From the NCBI GenBank assembly GCA_964202905.1, contig CAXNJO010000011.1:107804-171803 (forward strand): a DNA stretch of 64,000 nt. Direction: 5' to 3'. Below are positions 9,557 to 21,286 of the stretch, piece by piece. Origin of the DNA: Polyangiales bacterium. GTDB taxonomy: Bacteria; Myxococcota_A; Polyangia; Polyangiales; JADJQN01. Within the stretch, counting starts at the first letter, position 1; every line of letters starts with the position of its first letter. The translations under genes were made by a program, and so were the position numbers. Below the pieces are notes generated by a model. That model was not told the origin of the DNA, did not search any database, and saw only the letters and a list, made by a program, of their open reading frames with translations.

Positions 9557-11656
9557 CTACTTGACGATCGCGCCCGGTGGGAGATCGCGATCGACCGAGA
9601 GGACCGACAGCGTCTCTCCGTCTCCGGCCGCGAGCACCATCCCGCGCGACTCCAAGCCCATCATCTTGCGCGGGGCGAGGTTGGCGACGACGACGATGCG
9701 CTTTCCGACGAGCGCCTCGGGCTCGTAGACCTTGCCGAGGCCCGCGAGGATCTGGCGCGGCGCGCCCTCGCCGACGTCGACCTGCAGGCGCAGGAGTTTG
9801 TCGCTCTTCGGCACGCGCTCGGCGCTCAGCACCAGCGCGAGACGCAGCGCGATCTTCGCGAGATCGTCGATCGTCGCGAGCCCGTCGTCGGCGGCGGGGG
9901 CCGTCGCGGGAAGGGGAGTAGGCGCTCCAGCACTCGGCGCGGTCACAGGCTTGTCCGTCACGTCGAGCTTCTCCGTCTTCTCCGGTTTCTCCGGTTTCTT
10001 CGCGGTGAGCGTCTTCGCCGCGGGGGTCGCGTCCGCGACGCCGAGACGCTCGAGCAGCGCGCGCTGCTGGTCGTCGTCGTACCGCGGGAAGAGCGGCGCC
10101 CCCGGCCGCGTCTGCGTGCCGCCGGTGAGCCCGCCCCACGCGCCCGGCCAGAGGTCGACGCCCACCGTCGGCATCAGCGCGGGCAGACCGAGCTGCGCGC
10201 GGAGCGCGTCGCACTTCCCTGGCATCACGGGCCAGAGCATCACGCTCAGCCAGCGCAGCGCCTCGAGCACCGTGTACGCGACCTGCGCGAGGCGCTTGAG
10301 GTCGTGGTGCTTCGCGAGGTTCCAGGGCTCGGTGACGTCGATGTACTTGTTCGTCGCCAGCACCAACTCCCAGGCGCTCTCGAGCGCGCGGTTCGGGAGC
10401 ATCGCGTCGAGGTGCTTCGCGCTCGCCTCCGCGGCGCGCGCCGCGAGCGCCATGACGTCGCGATCGACCTGCTGGAGCGCGTCGGCGTGGACGTGGGGCA
10501 CGCGGCCGTCGAGGGACTTCTTCACGATGCTCGCGACCATGCGGTTCAGCAGGTTGCCGAGGCCGTTGCCGAGGTCGCCGTGGTAGCGCGCGAGCAGGCT
10601 CGCGTGGCTGAAGTCGCCGTCGTGCCCGAAGCCGATGTCGCGCATGAGGTAGTAGCGGAGCACGTCCGCGCCGAAGGCCTCGACGAGCGGCTCGGGTGCG
10701 ATCGCGTTGCCGAGGGACTTCGAGATCTTCTCGCCGTTCACGGTGAGGAAGCCGTGCGCTTGCACCGCCGTCGGCGGCGCGAAGCCCGCGCTCATCAGGA
10801 ACGCGGGCCAGAACACCGCGTGGAAACGGAGGATGTCCTTGCCGACCACGTGCACGGCCTCGGCGCCGTCCGCGTCGACGTGCGGCCAGAATGCTTCGAA
10901 GCGCCCGCTGTCGACGCCTGGCACCGGTGGTCCGCCGAGCGCGCTGACGTAGTTCGTGAGCGCGTCGAACCACACGTACATCACGTGCTCCGGGTCGCCC
11001 GGCACCGGGATGCCCCAGCGGAAGCTCGTGCGCGAGACGGAGAGGTCGCGCAGCCCCTCCTTCACGAAGGCCTTCACTTCGTTGAAGCGGCCCTCGGGGC
11101 GAACGAAGTCGGGGTGCGAGTCGTAGAAGGCGAGCAGCTTGTCCGTGTACGCGGAGAGCCGGAAGAAGTAACTCTCCTCGCGGATCTTCTCGACGGGCTT
11201 CTTGTGCGTCGGGCAGGCGTTGCCCGGGAGCAGGTCCTTCTCGGTGAAGTAGGCCTCGCAGTCGACGCAGTACCAGTCCTCGTAGTGGCCGAGGTAGATG
11301 TCGCCGGCGGCGGCGACGCGGCGCCACAACTCCTGCGCGTGCTGCACGTGGCGCGGCTCGGTCGTGCGGATGAAGTCGTCGTGCTCGCAGCCGAGCGCCT
11401 CCCACGCGCGACGGAACGGGCCTTCCGCGCGGTCGACGAAGGCCTGCGGCGAGAGGCCTTCGCTCGCGGCGAGGCGCGCGATCTTCAGCCCGTGCTCATC
11501 GAGCCCGGTGTGGAAACGCGCGGGGCGCCCGCGAACCCGGGCGTAGCGGGCGAACACGTCGGCGGCGATCGTGGAGTAGGCCGTCCCGACGTGGGGAACC
11601 GCGTTCACGTAGTAGATCGGCGTCGTGACGTAGAAGGGGCGTGATCGCGCGGTCAT
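9557..11656 (-). CDS. metG: Methionine--tRNA ligase with C-terminal tRNA-binding (Trbp111-like) domain
   Basis: FYVTTPIYYVN, TGLDEHGLKI, YVWFDAL, GKDILRFHAVFWP, KISKSLGN; C-terminal domain with VANLAPRKMMGLESRGMVL. Confidence 0.97.
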   Translation of the reverse strand: MTARSRPFYVTTPIYYVNAVPHVGTAYSTIAADVFARYARVRGRPARFHTGLDEHGLKIARLAASEGLSPQAFVDRAEGPFRRAWEALGCEHDDFIRTTEPRHVQHAQELWRRVAAAGDIYLGHYEDWYCVDCEAYFTEKDLLPGNACPTHKKPVEKIREESYFFRLSAYTDKLLAFYDSHPDFVRPEGRFNEVKAFVKEGLRDLSVSRTSFRWGIPVPGDPEHVMYVWFDALTNYVSALGGPPVPGVDSGRFEAFWPHVDADGAEAVHVVGKDILRFHAVFWPAFLMSAGFAPPTAVQAHGFLTVNGEKISKSLGNAIAPEPLVEAFGADVLRYYLMRDIGFGHDGDFSHASLLARYHGDLGNGLGNLLNRMVASIVKKSLDGRVPHVHADALQQVDRDVMALAARAAEASAKHLDAMLPNRALESAWELVLATNKYIDVTEPWNLAKHHDLKRLAQVAYTVLEALRWLSVMLWPVMPGKCDALRAQLGLPALMPTVGVDLWPGAWGGLTGGTQTRPGAPLFPRYDDDQQRALLERLGVADATPAAKTLTAKKPEKPEKTEKLDVTDKPVTAPSAGAPTPLPATAPAADDGLATIDDLAKIALRLALVLSAERVPKSDKLLRLQVDVGEGAPRQILAGLGKVYEPEALVGKRIVVVANLAPRKMMGLESRGMVLAAGDGETLSVLSVDRDLPPGAIVK

Positions 11657-11698
11657 GGGGGCCGCGAGACTAGCAGGCGGGTGCGCGGGTGTCCGCTG

Positions 11699-12700
11699 TC
11701 AGGCCGCGCGCAGCGTGAGCAGCAGCGCCTCGAGGACGAGCTGCGCGCTCGCGTTCGCGTCGATGGCGCGCGCGGCGTCTCGGATCGCGCCGGCGCGCGC
11801 GGCGGCGCGTCCGGCGCCGAGCTGCGTGGCGCGCTCGCGGATGCGCGCGGCCTCGAGGCGGAAGCGGAGCGCGTCGTCGTCGAGCCCCGACGCGGCGGCG
11901 GCGATGTCGCGGTACAGCGTCGCGAGCGTGTCGAGCACCAGCGCCCGATCGTCGAGGCGCGCGAGCTCTTCGGCGAGCTCGAGCTGCATGCCGCCGCGCC
12001 CGTCCTCGACGACGCGATCGACGCGAAGCGCCAGGTCGAGGAGCCGCTTCCCTGCGCCATCGACGGCGAAGCGGAGCGCGAGGTCCGCGCGACCATCCGC
12101 GAGCGCGCAGGCGGCTTCGCGCTCGGCCTCGGGGACGCCGCCCTCCTCGAGGATCTGCCGCAGCGTGCGGTCGGGGAGCCGCTGGAACCGCACGCGCTGG
12201 CAGCGCGAGCGGATCGTCTGGAGGAGCTGATCGGGGCGCGACGCGAGCAGCACGAAGTGCAAGCGGGCCCGCGGCTCCTCGAGCGTCTTCAGCAGGGCGC
12301 TCGCGGCCTCGGCGTGGTTCGCCGGGAAGGACACGTCGGCGTCGGGGAAGAGGGCGAACGCCGCGCGCCCCTCGAAGGGCGCGAACTGCGAGAAGGGCAG
12401 CACTTCCTCGCGGATCCGCTCGACCTTGATGTTCCGGTCGCCCTCGTCGCGCGGCAGGAACACGCGGACGTCGGGGTGGTTCCCGCCGGCGATACGGCGG
12501 CACGTGTCGCACGCCGCGCAGCCGCGCCCCGGCGCCTGCGTGCAGAGCAGCGCGCTCGCGAGGGCCAGCGCGGCGCGCTGCTTGCCGACGCCGCTCGGCC
12601 CCTCGAACAGATAGGCCGACGCCACGCGGTCGCGCTGCACGGCCGCGCGCAGGGTGCGGACCGCGGCGGGCTGGGCGCGGACGTCGTCGAAGGTCGGCAT
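11699..12700 (-). CDS. holB: DNA polymerase III subunit delta'
   Basis: AYLFEGPSGVGK, C..C.ACDTC zinc motif, HPDV, ALLKTLEEP, TIRSRCQ. Confidence 0.93.
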   Translation of the reverse strand: MPTFDDVRAQPAAVRTLRAAVQRDRVASAYLFEGPSGVGKQRAALALASALLCTQAPGRGCAACDTCRRIAGGNHPDVRVFLPRDEGDRNIKVERIREEVLPFSQFAPFEGRAAFALFPDADVSFPANHAEAASALLKTLEEPRARLHFVLLASRPDQLLQTIRSRCQRVRFQRLPDRTLRQILEEGGVPEAEREAACALADGRADLALRFAVDGAGKRLLDLALRVDRVVEDGRGGMQLELAEELARLDDRALVLDTLATLYRDIAAAASGLDDDALRFRLEAARIRERATQLGAGRAAARAGAIRDAARAIDANASAQLVLEALLLTLRAA

Positions 12701-12707
12701 GGTGCCC

Positions 12708-14315
12708 TCAGCGCACCACGAGTCGCTTCCCCTGCAGGGCCGAGCCGCGGCCGGGCTCGGCGCCGAGCGGGCCGACGCGGATGGTGAGCAGGTTTCCGCC
12801 GACCTTCGCGCCGCGGATCGTGACGCGCACGAACATCACGGGCATCGGGGGGGGCGGCTCGGGGCGCGTGGTCCGGCGCCGCGGCTCTTCGACGGCGAAG
12901 GCGGGCTCGAGCGCCACCTCGCCGAGCTCCGCGCGTGCAGCGGCGCCGCGCGTGGCGAAGGCCGCCTCGACCTTCGCGGCGTCGCGGCCGAAGGACACGC
13001 TCTCCGCGGTGAGCAGGCCGCTCGCGAACGCCGGGCCGCCGACCTCGACGTAGAGACCGCGGCCCTTGCCGCCTGCGCTCGAGAAGGCGACGTCGATGGT
13101 CGTCGTCGCGCCTGGCGCCACGCTCCACTCGCCGGCACCGGCGGTCGCCTTCGAGAGCGCGAGGGCGGGTGGGCCGATCATGCGGGCTGGTCCCACGGGG
13201 GCGGCGAGCGGTGCGCGCTTCGTGGCCGGCGCGGGTGCGACGGGCATCAGCAGCGGCGCGATCTGCACCTCGGAATCCTCCGAAATGCGGAACAGATAGG
13301 CCATGTCGCCGAGCCCGACGAGCGCTGTGCGTCCGTCGGCGGTGGTGAACGCGCTCGACTCGCCGACGAGCTTCATGTCGAGGTCGCCGAGCGCCTCGGC
13401 CGCGAGGCCGGGCAACGTGAGCGCGGTGACGCGGCTCGTCTTCAGCGACTGCACCACCACGGCGCGCTCGTCGCCCACGAGGAACGGCGCGCCGAGCCCG
13501 AACGCGAGGCCCTCGCCGAGGCGCGAGACGTGCGCGAGCACGGCACCGTCGGGGGCGATGTGGAGGACCGCGGAGTACTTGCCGTGCAGCGTCGTCACCA
13601 CGAGCACGCCCTCGCGCGTCGGCACGGCGAAGATCTCCTGCTCGTCGCGCGTCGCGGGGATGCGGACGCAGAACGCGACCTCGCTCGCCCCGGGGCGCAC
13701 GACGGCCACCACACCCGAGTACGCCGAGGCGAGCGCGGTGCCGTGCGCGCTCGTCGCGAGGTGCACCGCGTCGAAGAAGGTCGTGCCGTCGCGCGAGGCG
13801 TAGCCGACGGCGATGGCGTCGAGGCGGTGCTCCTCGGCGTTGAACTCCTCGTCGGCCTCCGGCCAGGGATCGACGCTGCTCTCCCAGATCGTGTTTTGCG
13901 GCCACGCGATGCGCGTCGCGGCCGGGAGCGTCAACCTCGCCGTCTCGACGAGCGGCTGCCCCGGCTCGAGCGTCGCGAGCACGAAGCGCGCGTCGGGTTC
14001 GGCGCCGACCGTGTCGGAGACGACGGCGAAGAGCCGGCCGTCGTGCCCGCGCACCGCGTCGAGGACGCGCTCGGTGAGCTTGCGCGGCGCGCCGCCCCCG
14101 AGCGGCACCTCCCAGGCGGTGCGGTCGACGGTGACGAGCACGCGGTCGAGCTCCTCGTCGAGGGGCGCGAGCACGTCGCGGGGCGGCGCGAGCACGGCGC
14201 CGCGCTTCGGCGCGGGGCCGAGCGCGACGAGCCTGGGCTCCGCGTCGGGGCGATGGATCGCGAGGCCGCCTGGGCCGAGGACGAGGTGCGTCTGACCGTC
14301 CGTGAACACGCGCAT
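12708..14315 (-). CDS. Hypothetical protein (beta-rich)
   Basis: 535-codon ORF with genome-typical codons, 7 nt upstream of holB; no family recognised. Confidence 0.7.
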   Translation of the reverse strand: MRVFTDGQTHLVLGPGGLAIHRPDAEPRLVALGPAPKRGAVLAPPRDVLAPLDEELDRVLVTVDRTAWEVPLGGGAPRKLTERVLDAVRGHDGRLFAVVSDTVGAEPDARFVLATLEPGQPLVETARLTLPAATRIAWPQNTIWESSVDPWPEADEEFNAEEHRLDAIAVGYASRDGTTFFDAVHLATSAHGTALASAYSGVVAVVRPGASEVAFCVRIPATRDEQEIFAVPTREGVLVVTTLHGKYSAVLHIAPDGAVLAHVSRLGEGLAFGLGAPFLVGDERAVVVQSLKTSRVTALTLPGLAAEALGDLDMKLVGESSAFTTADGRTALVGLGDMAYLFRISEDSEVQIAPLLMPVAPAPATKRAPLAAPVGPARMIGPPALALSKATAGAGEWSVAPGATTTIDVAFSSAGGKGRGLYVEVGGPAFASGLLTAESVSFGRDAAKVEAAFATRGAAARAELGEVALEPAFAVEEPRRRTTRPEPPPPMPVMFVRVTIRGAKVGGNLLTIRVGPLGAEPGRGSALQGKRLVVR

Positions 14316-14384
14316 GGGGCGCGGACGCTAGCCGGAACCGTGGCCGAGGTCCACGCGTCGCGTCACGGGTGCTGCGCGGCGCGA

Positions 14385-14431
14385 CTGAATGGTGATTCAG
14401 CGTTGACAGCACCAGTCCCCGCCGGGAGCAT
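14385..14431 (+). promoter_or_regulatory. Inverted-repeat operator next to a candidate sigma70 promoter
   Basis: CTGAAT-N4-ATTCAG (14385-14400), then TTGACA (14403-14408), N17, GAGCAT (14426-14431), in a divergent intergenic region. Confidence 0.6.
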
Positions 14432-14443
14432 CGGCGCGTCGCC

Positions 14444-16066
14444 ATGACGCTCTCCCCGACGCAACGCTACCCGCTGATCCGCAGCCGCATCGACGTCCGC
14501 GGCGCGCAGTACCTCGCCAACCGCGCCGTGAACGTGCAGTCGCTCGAGAAGCTCGAGAAGGCGCTCGCGAAGTCCCGCGAGGGCGGCGGGCCGAAGTACA
14601 ACGACCGGCACCGCGCCGCTGGGAAAATGCTCCCGCGTGAGCGCATCGAGTTGCTCGTCGACCGCGACGCGCCCTTCCTCGAGCTGTGTCCGCTCGCGGG
14701 GCACGACGTGCGCGACCAGACGACGGGCGCGGGCGTGCTCGGCGGCATCGGCGTCGTGAGCGGCGTCGAGTGCCTCATCACCGCGAGCGAGGCGACGGTG
14801 AAGGGCGGCGCCATCTCCGAGATCGGCATGTGGAAGACGGGCCGGCTCGCCGAGGTCGCCGAGCAGAATGGCCTGCCGAGCCTCTCGCTGATCGAGAGCG
14901 CGGGCGCGGACCTGCCCAACCAACACAAGATCTTCGTCCACGGCGGGCGCGGCTTCCGCGACCTCACGCGCCGCAGCAAGGAGCGCACGCCGACCATCTG
15001 CCTCGTCTTCGGGTCGTCGACCGCGGGCGGCGCCTACGTGCCGGGCATGAGCGACTACGTCGTCATGGTGAAGCAGCAGGCGCAGGTCTATCTCGCCGGC
15101 CCGCCGCTCGTGAAGATGGCGACGGGCGAGGAGTCCGAGCACGAGGAGCTCGGCGGTGCGGAGATGCACTCGCGTGTCTCGGGCGTCTCCGATTACCTCG
15201 CCGAGGACGAGCGCGACGCCGTGCGTCTCGGTCGCGAGATCGTCGCGCATCTGCGTTGGCGCAAGCGCGGCATCGTTCCGCCGCGCGAGTTCGCCGAGCC
15301 CCTGTACGACGCCGACGAACTCCTCGGCATCGCGAGCGCGGACCTCAAGATTCCCTTCGATGCGCGAGAGGTGATTGCGCGCATCGTCGACGGCTCGCGC
15401 TTCAGCGAGTTCAAACCGCTCTACGGTCCGTCGCTCGTGTGCGGTTGGGCGCACATTCACGGTTATCCCGTCGGCATCCTCGCGAACAATGGGATTCTCT
15501 TCAGCGAGAGCGCGAACAAGGGCGCACAGTTCATCGAACTCTGCAATCAGAGCGATATTCCCCTGCTTTTTCTGCAGAACATCACCGGTTTCATGGTCGG
15601 GAAGAAATACGAGCAGGAAGGCATCATCAAGAATGGCGCGAAGCTGATCAACGCCGTGTCCAACAGCACGGTGCCCGCGATCACCATCATGATCGGCTCG
15701 AGCTTCGGCGCCGGGAACTACGCGATGTGCGGGCGCGCGTACGAGCCGCGATTCCTGTTCACGTGGCCCAATCACCGCATCGGCGTGATGGGCGGCAAGC
15801 AGCTCGCGGGCGTGCTCGACATCATCCAGCGCGGCGCGGCGCAGAAGCGCGGCGAGGTCGTCGACGAGCAGCGCCTCTCCGTGATGAAGCAGATGGTCGA
15901 GGGGCAGATCGACCTCGAGTCCGAACCGTACTTCGCGACGGCGCGGCTCTGGGACGACGGCATCATCGACCCGCGCGACACGCGCCACGTCATCGCGATG
16001 TCGCTCTCCGCGGCGTGCACGCGCCCCGTCGAGGGCACCATGGCCTTCGGCGTGTTCCGCCACTGA
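14444..16066 (+). CDS. Acyl-CoA carboxylase carboxyltransferase subunit (geranyl-CoA/methylcrotonyl-CoA carboxylase beta-like)
   Basis: [82 protein letters not shown]. Confidence 0.93.
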   Translation: MTLSPTQRYPLIRSRIDVRGAQYLANRAVNVQSLEKLEKALAKSREGGGPKYNDRHRAAGKMLPRERIELLVDRDAPFLELCPLAGHDVRDQTTGAGVLGGIGVVSGVECLITASEATVKGGAISEIGMWKTGRLAEVAEQNGLPSLSLIESAGADLPNQHKIFVHGGRGFRDLTRRSKERTPTICLVFGSSTAGGAYVPGMSDYVVMVKQQAQVYLAGPPLVKMATGEESEHEELGGAEMHSRVSGVSDYLAEDERDAVRLGREIVAHLRWRKRGIVPPREFAEPLYDADELLGIASADLKIPFDAREVIARIVDGSRFSEFKPLYGPSLVCGWAHIHGYPVGILANNGILFSESANKGAQFIELCNQSDIPLLFLQNITGFMVGKKYEQEGIIKNGAKLINAVSNSTVPAITIMIGSSFGAGNYAMCGRAYEPRFLFTWPNHRIGVMGGKQLAGVLDIIQRGAAQKRGEVVDEQRLSVMKQMVEGQIDLESEPYFATARLWDDGIIDPRDTRHVIAMSLSAACTRPVEGTMAFGVFRH

Positions 16067-16120
16067 TCGCCCGCCCTCACCGCGCCGCTGCCCACGCCTC
16101 GCCGACGCACGGATCCGCCC

Positions 16121-18148
16121 ATGTCGAACACGCCGAACGTCCTCCGCAAGGTCCTCATCGCCAACCGTGGCGAGATCGCACGCCGCATCGCGCGCACCTG
16201 CCGCCGCCTCGGGCTCGCGACCGTCGCCGTGTTCTCCGACGCGGACGAAGATGCGCTCTTCGTGCAGGAGGCCGACGAGGCGGTGCGCCTCGGGCCCGCG
16301 CCGAGCCGCGAGTCGTACCTCTCGATCGAGAAGATCCTCGCGGCGGCGCGCTTGACCGGGGCGGATGCGCTGCACCCGGGCTACGGCTTTCTCTCGGAGC
16401 GCGCCGAGCTCGCCGAGGCGTGCGCAGCCGCGGGGATCACGTTCGTCGGCCCGTCCCCGCAGGCGATCCGCGCGATGGGCCTCAAGCGCGAGGCCAAGCG
16501 CCTCGCCGCGGCGGCCGGCGTGCCCACCGTGCCGGGCTACTCGGGCGACGATCAGGGCGACGCGACGCTCGCGGCGAAGGCGCTCGAGGTCGGCTTTCCG
16601 TTGCTGCTCAAAGCATCGGCGGGCGGCGGCGGCAAGGGCATGCGCGTCGTCCGCGCGGCGGGCGAGATCGAGGCGAGCCTCGCGGCGGCGCGGCGCGAGG
16701 CGCTCGCTGCGTTCGGCGACGACACGCTCATCATCGAGCGCTACGTGAGCTCGCCGCGCCACGTCGAGATCCAGATCCTCGGCGACACGCACGGGAACCT
16801 CGTGCACCTCTTCGAGCGCGAGTGCTCGATCCAGCGCCGCCACCAGAAGATCCTTGAGGAGAGCCCGTCGCCCGCGCTCACGCCCGCGCTCCGCGCCGCG
16901 ATGGGCGAGGCCGCGGTGCGCGTCGGTCGCGCCATCGGCTACAGCAGCGCGGGCACCGTCGAGTTCATTCTCGGCGACGACGGCGCCTTCTACTTCCTCG
17001 AGGTGAACACGCGCCTGCAGGTCGAGCACCCCGTCACCGAGATGGTCACGGGCCTCGACCTCGTCGCCGAGCAGCTCCGCGTCGCGCGCGGCGAGCCGCT
17101 CGGCTACGGGCAGGACGACCTCGTGCAGCGCGGCCACGCGATCGAGGTGCGGCTTTACGCGGAAGACCCCGCGAGCGGCTTTCTCCCGCAGGCGGGCACG
17201 CTCGTCGACTTCCACGTGCCGGAGGACGAGGGCGTGCGCCTCGACACCGGCGTGCGCTCGGGCGACGAGGTGTCCATCCACTACGACCCGATGATCGCGA
17301 AGATCATCGCGCATGGCGCGAGCCGCGCGGAGGCCACGCGGCGCCTCGTCCGCACGCTCGAGCGCACGAGCGTGCAGGGACTCGCGAGCAACCGCGCGCT
17401 GCTCGTGCGCATCCTCGAGCACCCCGCGTTCGCGGCGGGCGAACTCGACACGCATTTTCTCGATCGGCACTTTGCGGGCGCGCTCGGCGAGCCCGCGGAT
17501 CCGTCCCGCGATCGCCTCGCCGCGATCGCCGCGATGATGATCGCGCACGAGGCGCATGCGGCCTCGCGCGAGGTGGTGCCGGGCGTGCCCAACGGCTTCC
17601 GCGTCAACTTCTCCGTGCCGCAGACGGTCACGTACGGCGTGGGTGATCGCAGCCTCACGCTCGCCTACCGCAGCCGCGGGAAGGGCCGCTTCGACGTCGC
17701 GCTCGACGTTCCGCTTCACGGCGGCGAGAGCCGCGCGGTGCGCCTCGTCTCGTGGGCGGAGCCGACGCTCGTGCTCGAGGATCACGACGGGCATCGGCAT
17801 ACGCTGCGCGTCGTCGTCGATGAGGCTGCCGCCACGTTCTACGTGCACAGCACGCGCGGCTCGACCGCGCTCGTCGAGCGGCCGCGCTTCCCCGAGCCCG
17901 GCGCGGAGGCCGTCGCGGGAGGCTGCGTCGCGCCGATGCCGGGGCGCATCGTGCAGGTGCTCGCGGCCGAGGGGCAGGCCGTCGCCCGCGGCGCGGTGCT
18001 CGTGATCCTCGAGGCGATGAAGATGGAGCACAGCGTCGTCGCCGCCATCGACGGAGTCGTCACGCGCGTCGCGGTGCAGGCGGGCGAGCAGGTCGAGGGC
18101 GGGCAGATCCTCGCCGTCGTCGAGGCAGGCGAGGCCGCGGCGGTGTAG
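16121..18148 (+). CDS. Acyl-CoA carboxylase alpha subunit (biotin carboxylase + biotin carrier)
   Basis: KVLIANRGEIA, HPGYGFLSE, GGGGKGMR, RECSIQRRHQK, EVNTRLQVEHPVTE, YDPMIAK; biotinylation motif EAMKM. Confidence 0.95.
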   Translation: MSNTPNVLRKVLIANRGEIARRIARTCRRLGLATVAVFSDADEDALFVQEADEAVRLGPAPSRESYLSIEKILAAARLTGADALHPGYGFLSERAELAEACAAAGITFVGPSPQAIRAMGLKREAKRLAAAAGVPTVPGYSGDDQGDATLAAKALEVGFPLLLKASAGGGGKGMRVVRAAGEIEASLAAARREALAAFGDDTLIIERYVSSPRHVEIQILGDTHGNLVHLFERECSIQRRHQKILEESPSPALTPALRAAMGEAAVRVGRAIGYSSAGTVEFILGDDGAFYFLEVNTRLQVEHPVTEMVTGLDLVAEQLRVARGEPLGYGQDDLVQRGHAIEVRLYAEDPASGFLPQAGTLVDFHVPEDEGVRLDTGVRSGDEVSIHYDPMIAKIIAHGASRAEATRRLVRTLERTSVQGLASNRALLVRILEHPAFAAGELDTHFLDRHFAGALGEPADPSRDRLAAIAAMMIAHEAHAASREVVPGVPNGFRVNFSVPQTVTYGVGDRSLTLAYRSRGKGRFDVALDVPLHGGESRAVRLVSWAEPTLVLEDHDGHRHTLRVVVDEAAATFYVHSTRGSTALVERPRFPEPGAEAVAGGCVAPMPGRIVQVLAAEGQAVARGAVLVILEAMKMEHSVVAAIDGVVTRVAVQAGEQVEGGQILAVVEAGEAAAV

Positions 18149-18157
18149 AAGCGGGGG

Positions 18158-19498
18158 ATGACGACCCCTCCCGCGCAGCCCGCTCCCCTCCGTCGCGTCG
18201 GCCTCGTGTTCTCGGGCGGCCCGGCCCCGGGCGCCAACTCGGTCATCTCCTCCGTCGCCGTCTCGCTGCTCGATGCGGGTCTCGAGGTCGTGGGCTTCTT
18301 CCACGGCTACTCGAACCTCGAGGGCTACGACCGCGACACGCGCCCGCTCGTCGAGGGCGAGCACTACCGCACGCTCACGGAGAAGGACGTCGGCGACCAG
18401 CGCAACGCGCGCGGGATCCTCATCGGCACGGCGCGCGCGAACCCGGGCAAGCCCGTCAAGCGCCGCGGCGATCTCGACGACCCGGAGAAGACGGCGGGCC
18501 TGCGGCGCGTGCTCGCCGGCCTCACGGATCTCGGCATCGACGCGCTCGTCTCCATCGGCGGCGACGACACACTGAAGACCGCGAATTACCTGTATCTGCT
18601 GCAGGAGAAGCTGCCTCCCGGCGCGCGTCGCGTGCGCGTGGTGCACGTGCCGAAGACCATCGACAATGATTACCGCGGCATCGACTTCACCTTCGGGTTC
18701 TTCACCGCCGTCGACGTGATGGCGAAGTCTCTGCTCAACCTGCGCGCCGACGCGCTCGCGACGAGCAGCTACTTCATCGTCGAGACGATGGGCCGCAAGG
18801 CAGGGTGGCTCGCGTACGGCGTCGGCATCGCGGGCGAGGCGAACCTCGTCGTCGCCGTCGAGGATGTCGTCGGCCCGCTCGCGACGAGCGAAACGTACAC
18901 GGACGCAGCGGGGCGCATCCGGACACGCACGCGCCTCGACCTTCACGCGCTCGTCGAGCGGATCGTCGACCTCGTCGCGCAGCGCGAGCAGCGCGATCAG
19001 AAGCACCACGGCACGGTCGTGCTGGCCGAGGGGCTCGGCGAACTGCTCCCCGAGAGCGCGCTCGAGGGACTCGCCCGGGACGAGCACGGGCACGTCGCGC
19101 TCGGGCGCCTCGACTTCGGCAAGCTCGTCGCGCGGCTCGTCGGCGAGCGCTACGGCGCGCGCACGGGGCGCAAGAAGAAGATCACCGGCGTGCAGCTCGG
19201 CTACGAGGCACGCTCGGCCGCACCGCACGCGTTCGACGTGATGCTCGGCTCACAGCTCGGCGTCGGCGCGTACCGCGCGCTCGTCGAGGAGGGGCTCGAC
19301 GGACACATGGTCTCGGTCAGCGGGCAGCTCGACCTGCGCTACGTGCCGTTCGCCGAGCTCGTCGATCCGGAGACGCTCGTGACGGAGGTGCGCCTCATCG
19401 AGACGGGCAGCGATTTTCAGCGTCTCGCGCGCCTGCTCGAGACGCGCGTCGAGGCGGGCTGGGCGCCCGGTCGGCGCACCGAGCCCGGCGAGCGCTGA
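18158..19498 (+). CDS. 6-phosphofructokinase, probably pyrophosphate-dependent
   Basis: SGGPAPGAN, SIGGDDT, PKTIDND, ETMGRKAGWL, LGYEAR. Confidence 0.92.
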   Translation: MTTPPAQPAPLRRVGLVFSGGPAPGANSVISSVAVSLLDAGLEVVGFFHGYSNLEGYDRDTRPLVEGEHYRTLTEKDVGDQRNARGILIGTARANPGKPVKRRGDLDDPEKTAGLRRVLAGLTDLGIDALVSIGGDDTLKTANYLYLLQEKLPPGARRVRVVHVPKTIDNDYRGIDFTFGFFTAVDVMAKSLLNLRADALATSSYFIVETMGRKAGWLAYGVGIAGEANLVVAVEDVVGPLATSETYTDAAGRIRTRTRLDLHALVERIVDLVAQREQRDQKHHGTVVLAEGLGELLPESALEGLARDEHGHVALGRLDFGKLVARLVGERYGARTGRKKKITGVQLGYEARSAAPHAFDVMLGSQLGVGAYRALVEEGLDGHMVSVSGQLDLRYVPFAELVDPETLVTEVRLIETGSDFQRLARLLETRVEAGWAPGRRTEPGER

Positions 19499-21232
<1,734 letters not shown>

Positions 21233-21239
21233 TCGGTTG

Positions 21240-21270
21240 GGGAGCATGGGATTTGAAATCCCGTGCTCCC
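21240..21270. terminator. Stem-loop between convergent pgi and glgB
   Basis: gggagcatgggatt...aatcccgtgctccc inverted repeat with one T-G pair; no clear U tract. Confidence 0.7.
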
Positions 21271-21286
21271 GGGTCATGACACGCGC

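Noticed and set aside
14363..19228. Very long antisense ORFs (also 56591..60094, 23479..26649, 2282..4546, 9254..11644)
   Set aside because: Shadow ORFs opposite well-supported genes, expected where high GC depletes stop codons.
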